Origin: an uncultured Christensenella sp.
GTDB taxonomy: Bacteria; Bacillota; Clostridia; Christensenellales; UBA1242
Direction of reading: 5' to 3'
DNA: 64,000 nt
Assembly (NCBI GenBank): GCA_949293905.1
Contig: CASFFG010000003.1
Coordinates: 13,494-77,493 of the forward strand
Positions 50,001-58,472 of this stretch are shown one piece after another; position 1 is the first letter of the stretch; every line of letters begins with the position of its first letter. Under the pieces are notes generated by a model that did no database searches, was not told where the DNA came from, and saw nothing but the letters and a program-made list of their open reading frames with translations. Both the position numbers and the translations under genes were made by a program.

Positions 50001-51869
50001 GAAAAAATACATTTAAATCGGTCAAATGACGATGAAGTAAATTCGGGTGAAGTGGAAGTGGTTATGCCTTTCGTTGAGCAATCTGCTACGACATCTGCTG
50101 TGTCGCATATTGTAATCATGAAGGTGGACATTACATATTTCGACTATACTGTTACTCGCTATATAGCATATCGCGTTTATAATAATATTCGTGTTCAACA
50201 GGCTGAAAACGCAGAAGGCGCAAGTATAAATGTGGATAATAGTGATGAGCATAGAATAAATATTGAATTGCCTGATGCTGCTAATTTGAATTTACTATAT
50301 TTCGCAGAAGAATACACCCATATAGCAACAGATGGTACAGGTTCTGGTGCAACGCAAACTACTACAACATTTACTATTACTAGGACAGATACTACGACAG
50401 ACCGTAAGGTGTACACCTTAAATGTTACAGGAAAGACAGTTTATACTGAAAGCGGATTGGGAATCGATGATAGAGATTATTCGGCTACAATCACATCTGC
50501 TAATCCTAGTGAGTTTACAGGTTCGGTTGATGGAGTAAATGTAACATATTCGATAAGTAAGAGCAGTAATGGTAGTGCAACTATTGTTAGAAGAGAATCC
50601 AGTGGTACAACCACTTACGAGATTTCAGCAGGAAATGTAAGTACAATTTCGACTAACAATACACTATATAGCAGTACATTCAATAATATTAGTGAATTTA
50701 ATACTTTCTTAAATGATATTAGATATATTCAATTATCTAATGTTAGCGGATTTAATGTTACTGGATTTAACGGTGAAGAAGATAATGTATACTATCAATT
50801 CACGCACCTAGGAGATGGTGTCTGGGGTATCAACTTGCTCGCTCCATTTAGGAATGCCGATTTTGGAAGCAAAATAATCCTTGATGATGAGAATATACTA
50901 TTCAATGGTGAATTAGTTGCGGATATAAATATTGTGCAAACCAATAGTTCAATAGTGATTCAGGCGTACTCTTCGACCAACACAAGTGGATTTAGATTGT
51001 ACGGAAATAAGAAAATAACTCCAAAAGGTACTACTGAATACACATTGTACGATATGTTCAATACTAACGAAATCGACCTTGATTATAGTAATTATCGTGT
51101 AATCGGTATATTTACTGTCGATGCGAATGCTGGTATAGGAACAAGTTGGGTGAATTTATCGACAGGTGGAAGTATTGAGTCTAGTGCAGAATTGGTTGAT
51201 GGAGCAATCTTAAAAGCAGATTACGAACTCTATAGGATAACCTTCACAGAGAATGGCACAACAACAGATTCAATCTACAATACTCAAGCAGTTTACTACG
51301 CAGTACAAATTCTTGCTGATACAAGTACTGTAATACGAGTAAATTACACGACCAGCCTATCATACTTTAGCGTTCAATATCCTGAAACTGGTAATTCAGT
51401 ATTTGCCTTTAAAGATAGGTTCTACGAATTTGAAATGTCAGGAGATATCCTAACTCGAAGTGATTTAACTCCAACTGACGTAACTCAAGATGAAGGAAAT
51501 GCTATAAATGACACGGGAGATGTCACAATAGGAGGTACAAGTATTATAATAAGTCGTCAAGCATTAATTAAGTATAAGTATGAGAATAATGCTAGCACGT
51601 TCGTTGACTTGACCTATCGTTATAATGTCGGTGATAGAACAATCAATTTCGTAGTGAGATTCTGGTTGCCTACCACAGCGTATAGAGTAGTGAATTTGGA
51701 CGAAACTGAAACCGAGCAATATGTTGAAACTATTGATGAATCACCAACACGAGATGGTTATACATTTGAAGGTTGGTATACGGACAAAGCACTTGAAAAT
51801 GCTTGGGACGGGACCCTTAGCAATAAGTTAACCTTATACGCAAAATGGACAACAGGGGCGACTACTTAA
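41058..51869 (+). CDS. Giant (3603 aa) N-terminally anchored surface protein with a C-terminal Listeria-Bacteroides (Flg_new) repeat
   Basis: Uninterrupted 10.8 kb ORF with a GGTAGGGGA SD. N-terminal TM IFKIIAIVLACATGVVGITVGVLAL. Composition is rich in Thr/Asn/Ser/Tyr/Asp. The last roughly 55 aa, RDGYTFEGWYTDKALENAWDGTLSNKLTLYAKW, match the Flg_new repeat pattern. Confidence 0.9.
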   Translation: MAKRIFKIIAIVLACATGVVGITVGVLALQGKFRTPVVYPASLSFSMEKTMIVDDYDDEVFSIVLNSQSNQEHAVNQRTCYIRFIRGEDLITLCDMDGNPIYSVGEDGEEPTLSEPTNGWHEVLCDSPIYFTLNDVDESDFNTEYNGQVTLVARDERNMVDTEEYTFTIDRKVNSIRLDADDSIIDSDASIPEQDLTLGLSNRQDLTFVTSPDYSLSPISGVDSKIVELYYLDPEVRNDLVRIDETSVEEYDFLHIDQDTNQMYFETTDAGVYEFRVAVFPTYEARVQYEADPENEGALNSSRVNKMISTILTINVVNSQVTGVDIIDSGIVLNLYEHNNYLLLNSTSSSADANYNNLNLTFSPSNNETAIRYNEVDFALTDSTAWRNNNIVFTSSSGATITFATNITVSGVYASDVVFDDYTINGNILTLTSYNTELDPTVVPTMTINFGDIIVRENANGSIIEKRVITSIDLTLNSGTTDAQFYSFNASNGLAFVRSVTNTQGGTDAGNVTTTDLTLLLTGTYLDFYIYNSDTFTRATDLDYEVIVSGTGKEKCFNVIIKNQLELIENTSLVLGALVVNSSGGEIMFDTTAVTIQTVALSYDYQDGSRAYDLNVTYQQSGGNYIAQYGELELNDLIRVNGGTYNTILMLTTEEYRGEVDTIAGLNFTDSEGTNYYVIGYFDANNVFVNNVRAREGAKNIGAKIYLVQLRNSYGESASDVVDRLFEDYAPNETEGDGTISIPLTDSVVVSTWISNEDAITINVNYELVKETLSFNYLEDGNDYLSYNQDGSVNIVEGMSGTLEISSPVPDMLSNIYNAVNNANPDAFRENNVAFYLFTGNNNYDTNTSVITITNVTLTGGTTENPPVEDGDENTGTDGDNTNLENAKLLVTFSANESSLSSGVYLCFVLKYGGEEIISTTRMYITDTESTDIYLNQTVQGSSGSTTQEYSLAQTAGEAETGSYPYLEVLISSYTEQDGYQYTLTIKDASGNAIFTSTESIFTQSVTGKTENGFVVAPAITGVNHNLSYSSTNEDIFSYDFESGTCLVCNLPNANENVALEISSGNIQRYLKVVIVVNDGENGFNFDIPEQNTQLDVSAPLSDYADYTYNGISIPLNAQYVGLSNVNRVSFGLALELTTIQDEADPNTIYLRTSNGDNVLTITNDAENGWTFTRDVNYLYTSLTIEFDLKVSTESSSRRVRLSFTSSITIDVNPLWTEIYAGTSVLLYEERSSSIESFQNQAYFNITNTTGDTNVVVNVTGDVNVNDTGTYTSYVFNDVGTYTIEFVYNGGVIASVPLEVLPNYIISEVETELESDTEYDLSEIISVQEYKTTSTIIYGYSKDVSNNIIMYSSDYLESITDDELIEKLSNLVIEPTTNTSLLTQTGSTLKTGWIESLNDGDNEALVNVNIQYVDGRIGTNVYITLHEMTLTIRNKYAISGGLFGPLKTHTAVPNEISVDGFTLSSITTNKDLTLEFSNASNFVISTYLSNTIEDVIFTYTFVDGEGRELTYSTNPIIVNPYTPTLIDPSNIAYSNSSYDLIEDVFENVFNYSGGDPTLEVEAQIFAENVTSFVIQSVNNPGIITNYDEILGAGYFASSANYSAEALFNSFTRDTDTITITYRITYIDGTFYDYEYTLEIINRIDPVVQYPFMDNLLVNNVSFNFLNNEDANILGANNGVLTSTDSVQYYFEPVSLGQTINFETDENLGVERVNLIDKNPLSVVDCELDYDISLVAYQSNPAGLRYYSYIDVDNVNKEVYFDSSTTVIDNGASAYFIFKIVTTTGSYDYYIVYLYNQRGTNFVNVNKSTIIKQANVATDDNVLDETNNTLFGIEINSTLLAEFNISSTSIRLEDLDFYILDATDTAGKDCINLLYNQIDDDEQEVIRYALINDAKLKDVTNFTTFKVAVVYSGSSYVYLGNIDFVVATDILSIKAGGADITLDGEIEPYKAELVTEIDGIDNGNYNVTIPNNSSLITNPFEIMSGDYTLNATISSIYEDSRFYISEDNLSIYLAGTSTDPILSVDSSSGNVEIFKQVLNSSLEFSIRYEYRNNADNNQVIVANVTYSYSPISLNTDEISVSVGNFEANAFVDTYKLTDIFGNYRGEVEIYVGEEHTTYNYLGVLEESEDDYNYSANIGDSIVSFVMIDGEPYLKFNLTHVSQTVIIRLEFNDIAGINVVKTITANVGMGLYYSTNPYTSSVTAYRADKVITEADGTIYDSGYGSTAKFEILDSDTTGSNYVTYNLGGANGFTIYIYDNAGTTNTTKLELNFSDSSYVVNTAKTGEGNLSITDANSEIQFTHSASDKTDFIVNIEIQLNDQYFTTTNATGAHLSIPVYVLIPQTYSGIRAVYETKNSSYEVVQSNTSQDINMFNTADADTSVFNRHKLAIVPISSVGVTNAELVYDYDPAVVGFNVEGNPNYLEYSRGENTTITENVISFDRVDTNTPASIYITNETMEAGTGAIAYEYMILPSDTSDRLTPNQELSSGITTTSSGDKNYIVALISDSDIETQYQTRIQFGSIADLSNLIYATSVGYYTVDSDGTSSSNTNYSGYTNNAGEEVIITIGGISVTITIGDSGELFFTLTRTRLGALFNVLYLDLTLYGNDLICENYRFMFYNYSLSPTNNENYPVNAGTQIVLEQVVRMNSNAGGSPLTMTDARLDYNNSYYMLDGERKTINSEINELFSYTTIDTTTPSTTTHRVEFNPVADNVTSHIEFAVDSTIDGVTYTVGSVVFNWRILPNHQFVINGETINNASDNFDTNYILTMDNLDTKNVDGDDVKVFPYTTGIEYTNYAEPDRIYNYGDQSYYKYLNFSVQTMDHGLSVPLADADLEFIIVNADDFGYVTIDGVDLPAVEIVKGTDDVYRLIIRRDITADLQIEVTARFIHIGEYTRTWLLHVQGFADFDYVYTTSNTILPTQGENFISGSTVKPISTTGDTSSTGVTVGKPGLNNFTFDISVNYVDITNANVVEDVESLYNNAEEKIHLNRSNDDEVNSGEVEVVMPFVEQSATTSAVSHIVIMKVDITYFDYTVTRYIAYRVYNNIRVQQAENAEGASINVDNSDEHRINIELPDAANLNLLYFAEEYTHIATDGTGSGATQTTTTFTITRTDTTTDRKVYTLNVTGKTVYTESGLGIDDRDYSATITSANPSEFTGSVDGVNVTYSISKSSNGSATIVRRESSGTTTYEISAGNVSTISTNNTLYSSTFNNISEFNTFLNDIRYIQLSNVSGFNVTGFNGEEDNVYYQFTHLGDGVWGINLLAPFRNADFGSKIILDDENILFNGELVADINIVQTNSSIVIQAYSSTNTSGFRLYGNKKITPKGTTEYTLYDMFNTNEIDLDYSNYRVIGIFTVDANAGIGTSWVNLSTGGSIESSAELVDGAILKADYELYRITFTENGTTTDSIYNTQAVYYAVQILADTSTVIRVNYTTSLSYFSVQYPETGNSVFAFKDRFYEFEMSGDILTRSDLTPTDVTQDEGNAINDTGDVTIGGTSIIISRQALIKYKYENNASTFVDLTYRYNVGDRTINFVVRFWLPTTAYRVVNLDETETEQYVETIDESPTRDGYTFEGWYTDKALENAWDGTLSNKLTLYAKWTTGATT

Positions 51870-51950
51870 TGCTTAGTTCAATAGAGTGTTAAAAAGGAAT
51901 TAAATCTATCAGTATGGTAGAATGAACTACTGACTCAAAGTTAAGAATAA

Positions 51951-51975
51951 AGTGGGCTTTATGCTCACTTTTTCT
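51951..51975 (+). terminator. Rho-independent terminator
   Basis: agtgggc (51951-51957) pairs with gctcact (51963-51969) including one G-U, then TTTT. Confidence 0.6.
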
Positions 51976-52003
51976 TGACATAATCTAGATTTGAGTTTAA
52001 AAT
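51975..52003 (+). promoter_or_regulatory. Sigma-A promoter of the sepF operon
   Basis: TTGACA (51975-51980), 17 nt spacer, TAAAAT (51998-52003). Confidence 0.65.
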
Positions 52004-52021
52004 AATATTACGAGGTGTGCT

Positions 52022-52255
52022 ATGGATACTGAAGAATTCGAAAATAAATGCATGGATATTATAGAGAAAATTGTTGCCATGGATATTAAAATGAACCGCC
52101 AAGGCGCTATTAAGGTGGCGGAGAAGATGCTTGAAAAAGCAAAATTAAAGACTACTAATAAGACCCTAATCTCGATTTACGAGCGCGTTGTCCACGAGTT
52201 CAATATTGCTACAGATGCGGAGTACGAACTTCTCCGTAAACAAATATTTAGTTAA
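52022..52255 (+). CDS. Hypothetical 77 aa helical protein
   Basis: GAGGTG SD. First gene of the sepF transcription unit. No motif recognised. Confidence 0.5.
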   Translation: MDTEEFENKCMDIIEKIVAMDIKMNRQGAIKVAEKMLEKAKLKTTNKTLISIYERVVHEFNIATDAEYELLRKQIFS

Positions 52256-52264
52256 GGAGTAATT

Positions 52265-52705
52265 ATGGGCTTTTTTAACTGGATAATGCAGGGCTTAGGC
52301 TTCGAAGACACCGAAAAAAAGAAAAAGAAGAAAAAGGGTGAGAGTGAAGATAAGTACTCTAACTTTAACCTTCATGAGCGTGTTGCAGGTGAGACAAACG
52401 ATTTTACCAATATGCCGACTGCAACAAACTTTAATTCGTTTGGCATGCAAACAGAGAGCAACATAATAATGGTTGAGCCTAAGACGCATAAAGAAATTCA
52501 ACAAGTAGTAGACTATTTAAAGCAAGGTCAGTCGGTTGCGATTAATCTTGAAGCAATTAGTGAAGCAGATAGCGCGCGCATTTTGGACTTTTTGTCTGGA
52601 GCAATTTATGGGCTGAACGGGAGTATCCATCGTTGGCGCGGAGATTTATTCTTACTAACCCCTGAAGGTCATAAAATTTTAAAACCGGAAGATGCTGATA
52701 AATAA
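52265..52705 (+). CDS. sepF: Cell division protein SepF
   Basis: The C-terminal domain IIMVEPKTHKEIQQVVDYLKQGQSVAINLEAISEADSARILDFLSGAIYGLNGSIHRWRGDLFLLTP matches the SepF core. N-terminal amphipathic MGFFNWIMQGLGF. Confidence 0.85.
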   Translation: MGFFNWIMQGLGFEDTEKKKKKKKGESEDKYSNFNLHERVAGETNDFTNMPTATNFNSFGMQTESNIIMVEPKTHKEIQQVVDYLKQGQSVAINLEAISEADSARILDFLSGAIYGLNGSIHRWRGDLFLLTPEGHKILKPEDADK

Positions 52706-52748
52706 TCATTTTCATAAAAATTCATATTTGCGCGATTAAAGGTAGGGA

Positions 52749-53234
52749 ATGAAGAATTATTTAAAAATTATAATCAGTATAATTTTAGTGTTGGTGATAG
52801 ACCTTATCACCAAACATTTTTTATTCGACGTAACATACTTTAATCTTATCCCTAATGTAATTTCCATTGCAACCAACGGCGGAAATACGGGCGCGGGGTT
52901 TGGTATTTTCTCGGGTAGGACGGTGGAACTTTCAATAATTAGTGTAATTATGATTATCGCGCTCTTAATCTTTAACCATTTTGTTAAGAACAAGAACACC
53001 TTTTATTCTCTTGGCATGGGCTTTGTACTTGGCGGAGCGCTTGGGAATTTATACGATAGAGTGTTTTTAGGATATGTTCGCGATTTTATCTATCTTGATT
53101 TCTGGCCGAGTTTCCCAACATTTAACTTTGCAGATACTTTTCTTTGTATAGGTGCGGTCATGCTAGTGATTTTTATTCTCTTTATGGGGAAAGATAAAAC
53201 GGAAAAGACAGAAAAAACTGAAAAAAAAGATTAA
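52749..53234 (+). CDS. lspA: Lipoprotein signal peptidase II
   Basis: 161 aa with NTGAGFG, GGALGNLYDR and FNFAD motifs. Confidence 0.92.
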   Translation: MKNYLKIIISIILVLVIDLITKHFLFDVTYFNLIPNVISIATNGGNTGAGFGIFSGRTVELSIISVIMIIALLIFNHFVKNKNTFYSLGMGFVLGGALGNLYDRVFLGYVRDFIYLDFWPSFPTFNFADTFLCIGAVMLVIFILFMGKDKTEKTEKTEKKD

Positions 53235-53383
53235 TTTTAGTGTGAATTTATTTAAAATTTTAAAAGATTTAAGAATTTTTGTTAAAAAATTAAAGATTTA
53301 AGAAATAAAACCTTATAAACTTTAAATAGTTATAATAATTTTAAATTGTTAAAAAGACTAAAGAATATAAAATAAGGAGAAAG

Positions 53384-54283
53384 ATGAAAAATAAACTGAG
53401 TTACCTTGGAGCGGGTGAGAGATTAGATACTTTTTTAACTAAAACGACTGATTTTAGTCGCAGTTATATTAAGACGCTAAACGATGACGGCTTGATTTTA
53501 GTGAACGGAAAGAGCGTTAAAGCGGGATACACTTTAAAAAATGGCGATATAGTCGAATATGAGGAGAAAGAAACTGAAAAAATCTCAGCAGAAGCAGAAA
53601 ATATACCGCTAAATATAGTATATGAAGATGATGACCTGCTAGTTATTAATAAACAGGCGGGACTAGTCGTTCACCCGTGCACGACCACAAAATCGCACAC
53701 TCTAGTAAATGCGCTAGTCTATCATATTAAGAATCTCTCAAAAATTAATGGCGTCTTGCGTCCAGGAATAGTGCATAGACTAGATAAGGATACGGGCGGG
53801 CTTATGCTTGTAGCAAAAACGGATAATGCACATAAATGTTTATCTAATCAATTAAAAGATAAGACTCTAAATCGCGAATATAAAGCACTAATTAAGGGCA
53901 GAATTAAAGATGATTTCGTAGTTGAAGGTTATCTAGGACGAAATCCAAAGAATCGTGAACAAATGGCGCTAGTGGATAGTCAGCATGGAAAGTATTCAAA
54001 AACAATATTCACAATCGATAAAGTTTACGACCATTATACGCTTCTTAATTGCAAACTTACAACGGGCAGGACTCACCAAATCCGCGCGCATTTAAAGTCG
54101 ATTAATCACCCGATAGTAGGGGATAAACTATACGGCGGGGTCGACCCACATATTAGGACGGACGGGCAATTATTGTTTGCATATAAAATTCAATTTATCC
54201 ACCCGCGAACGAATGAGAAAATGGAATTTATAGTAAAATTAGACGATAAATTTCAAAAAATACTTGATGATTTTGTTGTATGA
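53384..54283 (+). CDS. rluD: RluA-family 23S rRNA pseudouridine synthase (RluD type)
   Basis: 299 aa. N-terminal S4-like domain, catalytic HRLDKDTGGLMLVAK, and TGRTHQIRAH. Confidence 0.92.
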   Translation: MKNKLSYLGAGERLDTFLTKTTDFSRSYIKTLNDDGLILVNGKSVKAGYTLKNGDIVEYEEKETEKISAEAENIPLNIVYEDDDLLVINKQAGLVVHPCTTTKSHTLVNALVYHIKNLSKINGVLRPGIVHRLDKDTGGLMLVAKTDNAHKCLSNQLKDKTLNREYKALIKGRIKDDFVVEGYLGRNPKNREQMALVDSQHGKYSKTIFTIDKVYDHYTLLNCKLTTGRTHQIRAHLKSINHPIVGDKLYGGVDPHIRTDGQLLFAYKIQFIHPRTNEKMEFIVKLDDKFQKILDDFVV

Positions 54284-54304
54284 AATAAACTTTTGTGATA
54301 TAAT
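54276..54304 (+). promoter_or_regulatory. Sigma-A promoter
   Basis: TTGTAT (54276-54281), 17 nt spacer, TGa-TATAAT (54296-54304). Overlaps the rluD stop. Confidence 0.55.
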
Positions 54305-54321
54305 AAACATATGGAGGATAT

Positions 54322-54579
54322 ATGAAGGGTAAGGGAATAGTAAACTTTTTAGCCTATCTTGCTATAATATTGATTGCAGTTGCCTTAGTTTTAGGAGTAA
54401 TATTCAGTAAAGTAGGGATTAATGCAACAGTAGTTAACGCTATGACTTTAGTGGCACAAATTATCGCGTATGCTATTACCGCAGTGTTTGCCTTCGCGTT
54501 TGCTAAGGGTAAAAATATAGGCTACATGATTGCACTAATCGTTGCGGTTATCTTAATCGTTGTTATGTTATTCTTGTAA
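54322..54579 (+). CDS. Small membrane protein (85 aa, about 3 TM segments)
   Basis: GGAGGA SD. The protein is almost entirely hydrophobic. Confidence 0.55.
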   Translation: MKGKGIVNFLAYLAIILIAVALVLGVIFSKVGINATVVNAMTLVAQIIAYAITAVFAFAFAKGKNIGYMIALIVAVILIVVMLFL

Positions 54580-54580
54580 G

Positions 54581-54931
54581 ATGAAGAAGAAATTTAACCT
54601 TAAACTCACCGCTTTTCTGGTGAGTTTATTAATAAGTTTAATATTATTTATTTTCGGTGCACAAAACAATATGTGCATCGGTTTTGCGTGCATTATTTTA
54701 GCAGTATCGTTCGTCTTATTTTCTTTCTATTTAACCGAGAGAACGAACAATATTATCACTCAAACGGATATGGCGATTGAAGAAGAAGACGAAGAAGAAC
54801 TCGACGAAAATGCTTTATTTCAAGTAGAGATTGAGAAATCAAAACTCATTAAATCTACCAAAAGAACTAAATTTGTTGTCTATTTTAGCGCAGTGTTACT
54901 AGTAATAATGGGCATTTTAGCAATGATATAA
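54581..54931 (+). CDS. Membrane protein with an acidic central loop
   Basis: The ORF track starts at 54560. I prefer ATG 54581, one nt after the upstream stop (TAAGATG), giving MKKKFNLKLTAFLV... There are two N-terminal TM segments, a loop containing EEEDEEELDE, and a C-terminal TM. Confidence 0.5.
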   Translation: MKKKFNLKLTAFLVSLLISLILFIFGAQNNMCIGFACIILAVSFVLFSFYLTERTNNIITQTDMAIEEEDEEELDENALFQVEIEKSKLIKSTKRTKFVVYFSAVLLVIMGILAMI

Positions 54932-55003
54932 AAGCATTTATCTGCTATCTAATGGGCATTTTTGCGTTTGTTTAAATTAATGTGGAGAATTATCGCAATT
55001 CTA

Positions 55004-55032
55004 TTGCAAAATTTTTTAATCTGTGATAAAAT
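55004..55032 (+). promoter_or_regulatory. Sigma-A promoter of tig
   Basis: TTGCAA (55004-55009), 17 nt spacer, TGa-TAAAAT (55024-55032). Confidence 0.6.
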
Positions 55033-55055
55033 AAGCAGGTTTAATAGGAGAAATT

Positions 55056-56342
55056 ATGAATTACAATATTGAGAAAAAAGAAAATGGAGTATATTTAGCA
55101 AATATTTCGCTAGATAGTAAAGAGTGGGAAGATGCAATTAATTCCGCTTATGAGAAAAATAAGGGTAAGTTTAATATCCCAGGATTTAGGAAGGGTCATG
55201 CCCCTAGAAATATTATCGAAAAGACATACGGAAAAGGCGCTTTTGTAAATGAAGCAATAGACGAAGTTTATTATAGCGCATATACTAAAATCCTTCGCGA
55301 GCATGAAGAAATTAGACCTATCGATGCACCTAGCCTTAACATTAAGTCGTTCGACGAAAATAAGGGAGTTGAACTTGAACTCACTATCCAGTGCGTGCCG
55401 GACTTTGAACTAGCAAAATATAAGGGTAACACCTTTGAGAAGCAAAAAGTTGAAGTAAAAGACGAAGATGTAGAGAACGAAATTAAAAATGCTCTTCTTC
55501 GCGCATCGCGTTTGGTTGAGAGCGGAAAGCCTGTTAAAAACGACGATTTCGTTATGTTAGATTTCGACGGATACATGGACGGAAAGCAGTTCGACGGCGG
55601 AAAGGCGGAGAACTATCAACTTAAAATCGGTTCGCACACCTTTATCGATAATTTTGAAGAACAATTAATTGGCTTAAATATTGGAGATAAAAAAGATGTA
55701 AATGTAACTTTCCCGAAAGATTATCACGAAAAGAGTTTAGCGGGAAAACCTGCTACATTCAAGGTAGAGATTAAGAATATTCGTGAACGCATTATGCCAG
55801 AGTTAAATGAGGAATTCGTATCGAATAGCACCGAGTTCGAAACTGTTGACGAATATAAAGCGAGTGTCCGCGATAAGTTATTAAAGGAAGCAGAGCGTCG
55901 CGCCGAAATCGAACTTGATAACGACCTACTTGATAAACTTATCGACGACACAAGTTTCACTGCACCAGAGAGAATGGTGGAAGATGAATTTAATCGCCAA
56001 ATCAGTGGCATGACCAATCAACTTAGTTACCAAGGTCTCACACTCGCTGATTACGCTAAATATGTTGGCAAGACAGAAGACGAGTTCAAGGAAGAAGTTA
56101 GAGCCAATAGTGCAAGAAACGTAAAAGCGCGTCTAGTTTTAGAAAAATTAATTAGAACAGAAAATTTAGATATCAAACAGGAAGATATCGACCAAAAAAT
56201 CGAAGAACTTGCAAAAAATTCGGGGAAAACTACGGAAGAATTTAAAAAGCAAGTCAATAATGATATGGTGAATAGTATTGCTAACGAACTACTTATGAAA
56301 AACATTGTAGATTTCCTTCGCGAAAATAATACGATAAAATAA
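55056..56342 (+). CDS. tig: Trigger factor
   Basis: 428 aa. Ribosome-binding signature IPGFRKGHAPR and a central FKBP-type PPIase region. Confidence 0.95.
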   Translation: MNYNIEKKENGVYLANISLDSKEWEDAINSAYEKNKGKFNIPGFRKGHAPRNIIEKTYGKGAFVNEAIDEVYYSAYTKILREHEEIRPIDAPSLNIKSFDENKGVELELTIQCVPDFELAKYKGNTFEKQKVEVKDEDVENEIKNALLRASRLVESGKPVKNDDFVMLDFDGYMDGKQFDGGKAENYQLKIGSHTFIDNFEEQLIGLNIGDKKDVNVTFPKDYHEKSLAGKPATFKVEIKNIRERIMPELNEEFVSNSTEFETVDEYKASVRDKLLKEAERRAEIELDNDLLDKLIDDTSFTAPERMVEDEFNRQISGMTNQLSYQGLTLADYAKYVGKTEDEFKEEVRANSARNVKARLVLEKLIRTENLDIKQEDIDQKIEELAKNSGKTTEEFKKQVNNDMVNSIANELLMKNIVDFLRENNTIK

Positions 56343-56404
56343 TTTTAAGAATTAAAATAACTTTATTTTAAGCATTAAAACAATTTAATTTTAGGAGGTA
56401 AATT

Positions 56405-56983
56405 ATGATACCTATGGTTATAGACCAAGTCGGTAATGTAGAGCGCAGTTATGACATTTATTCGCGCTTGCTTGAAGATAGAATAGTTTTCTTAACTGGC
56501 GAAATTAATGACCAAATGGCGAATACAATCGTCGCTCAACTTATATATCTTGAAGGGAAAAATCCTGATAAGGATATATTCATGTACATCAATAGCCCAG
56601 GCGGAAGCGTAAGCGCTGGACTTGCGATTTACGACACAATGCAATACATTAAATGTAATGTATCTACAATTTGTATCGGTATGGCAGCAAGTATGGCAGC
56701 AGTAATTTTATCTAGCGGAACTAAGGGGAAGAGAATCTGCCTTCCACATAGCGAAGTTATGATACATCAACCGTTAGGTGGAGCGCAAGGACAGGCTAGC
56801 GACATCGAAATTCACGCTAAGCATATCCAAAAGACTCGCGAAATCTTAAATAGAATTTTAGCCGAAAATACTGGCAAAGATGTGGAAACAATTACAAAAG
56901 ATACAGATAGAGATAATTTCTTAGACGCAAAACAAGCATTAAAATACGGCTTAGTGGATAAAATTTACAGTAAGCGCTCATAA
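56405..56983 (+). CDS. clpP: ATP-dependent Clp protease proteolytic subunit
   Basis: 192 aa with [17 protein letters not shown] (catalytic Ser) and MIHQPLGG (catalytic His). Confidence 0.97.
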   Translation: MIPMVIDQVGNVERSYDIYSRLLEDRIVFLTGEINDQMANTIVAQLIYLEGKNPDKDIFMYINSPGGSVSAGLAIYDTMQYIKCNVSTICIGMAASMAAVILSSGTKGKRICLPHSEVMIHQPLGGAQGQASDIEIHAKHIQKTREILNRILAENTGKDVETITKDTDRDNFLDAKQALKYGLVDKIYSKRS

Positions 56984-56993
56984 TAGGGGGAAT

Positions 56994-58265
56994 ATGAAAG
57001 AAATAGACACAATTTGCTCATTCTGTGGTCGTCCAGCGCGTGAATTATCGGACATAATAAGTAATCCAGAAGGCGATTGCTTTATTTGTAAAGATTGTTT
57101 AAATATTTGTCGCGACCTACTAGATTTAAATGATAGAATGAAGGACGGCGAGAAAAATACTCTCATCGAATTACCTAAACCACAAGAGATAAAGGCGAAG
57201 TTAGATGAATTTATCATAGGACAGGACGAAGTAAAGAAAATTCTTGCGGTGTCTGTTTACAATCACTATAAACGCATCAATTACAATATGATTAAGCGCA
57301 GTAATAATCAGGACGAAGTGGAACTTGAAAAATCCAATGTTCTTCTCGTAGGTCCAACTGGTAGCGGAAAGACACTGCTCGCAAAGACACTTGCGAAAGC
57401 ACTTAAAGTTCCTTTCGCGTCCAGCGACGCAACCGCGCTTACTGAAGCGGGATATGTAGGCGACGACGTTGAAAATATTTTGTTGAAACTCATTCAAAAC
57501 GCGGACTATGATATAGAAAAGGCACAACGCGGTATTATCTATATCGACGAAATTGATAAAATCGCTCGTAAGACACAGAATGTTTCAATCACCCGCGATG
57601 TGAGTGGGGAAGGTGTTCAGCAAGCCTTACTAAAGATCTTGGAAGGAACTATTGCGTCCGTTCCACCACAGGGCGGAAGGAAGCACCCGCAACAAGAGAA
57701 TATTAAAATCGATACTACAAATATTCTATTTATATGTGGTGGTGCGTTTGTAGGGCTCGATAAAATTATAAGCGAGCGTACGGGAGCGAGTGCGTTAGGT
57801 TTCGGCGCAAATGTCAAATCAAAGGAAGAGAGTCAGTCACTCAATAAATTTGAAGATATCCAACCGCAAGATTTAATAAAATATGGTATGATACCCGAGT
57901 TTGTGGGAAGACTTCCAATAGTCGCAACACTTAATAGCCTTGATGAGCAGGCTCTAGAGAGAATTTTAGTTGAACCTAAAAATGCGATTACAAAGCAGTA
58001 TATCCAAATGTTTAAAATGGACGGGATAGACTTGGTTTTTGACCCAAGCGCAATTAAAGCGGTAGCAAGAAGGGCAATCGAGTTAAAAACGGGTGCGCGT
58101 GGACTTAGGACAATTCTTGAAGAGCGAATGTTAGATGTAATGTATAGTTGTCACTTTGAAGATGATATTCGAAAGATTATAGTAACCGAAGATTTTATAA
58201 CTAAAAAAGCAAAACCGCAAATAATAAAAGATAAACCAACGAAACATAAGAAACAGCCCGCATAA
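56994..58265 (+). CDS. clpX: ATP-dependent Clp protease ATP-binding subunit ClpX
   Basis: 423 aa. Zinc finger CSFCGR...CFICKDC, Walker A GPTGSGKT, and IYIDEIDK. Confidence 0.97.
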   Translation: MKEIDTICSFCGRPARELSDIISNPEGDCFICKDCLNICRDLLDLNDRMKDGEKNTLIELPKPQEIKAKLDEFIIGQDEVKKILAVSVYNHYKRINYNMIKRSNNQDEVELEKSNVLLVGPTGSGKTLLAKTLAKALKVPFASSDATALTEAGYVGDDVENILLKLIQNADYDIEKAQRGIIYIDEIDKIARKTQNVSITRDVSGEGVQQALLKILEGTIASVPPQGGRKHPQQENIKIDTTNILFICGGAFVGLDKIISERTGASALGFGANVKSKEESQSLNKFEDIQPQDLIKYGMIPEFVGRLPIVATLNSLDEQALERILVEPKNAITKQYIQMFKMDGIDLVFDPSAIKAVARRAIELKTGARGLRTILEERMLDVMYSCHFEDDIRKIIVTEDFITKKAKPQIIKDKPTKHKKQPA

Positions 58266-58282
58266 TTAAGGCTGTTTTTTAA
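58252..58282 (+). terminator. Rho-independent terminator of clpX
   Basis: aacagcc (58252-58258) pairs with ggctgtt (58270-58276), followed by a T-run. The loop contains the stop codon. Confidence 0.7.
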
Positions 58283-58420
58283 TATTCACTTTGATTAACA
58301 TATACACATTAAATTGATATAAAAAATACAATAAGCATTTAAAACTAAGGTTAATGTAAATAAATAGTACATTATTGCAATAATAAAATGTAAATTTAAT
58401 TGTGAATTTAAAAATATATC

Positions 58421-58449
58421 TAGACAAAACTATTCGTTTGTGTTAGAAT
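58421..58449 (+). promoter_or_regulatory. Sigma-A promoter
   Basis: TAGACA (58421-58426), 17 nt spacer, TGt-TAGAAT (58441-58449). Confidence 0.55.
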
Positions 58450-58472
58450 AAAAATATAAAAGGTAGGTATAT

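Noticed and set aside
54560-54580. ATG 54560 start overlapping the previous gene by 20 nt.
   Set aside because: It would add MLCYSCK before a typical MKKK-hydrophobic N-terminus. ATG 54581, one nt after the upstream stop, is the more natural coupled start. Either remains possible.
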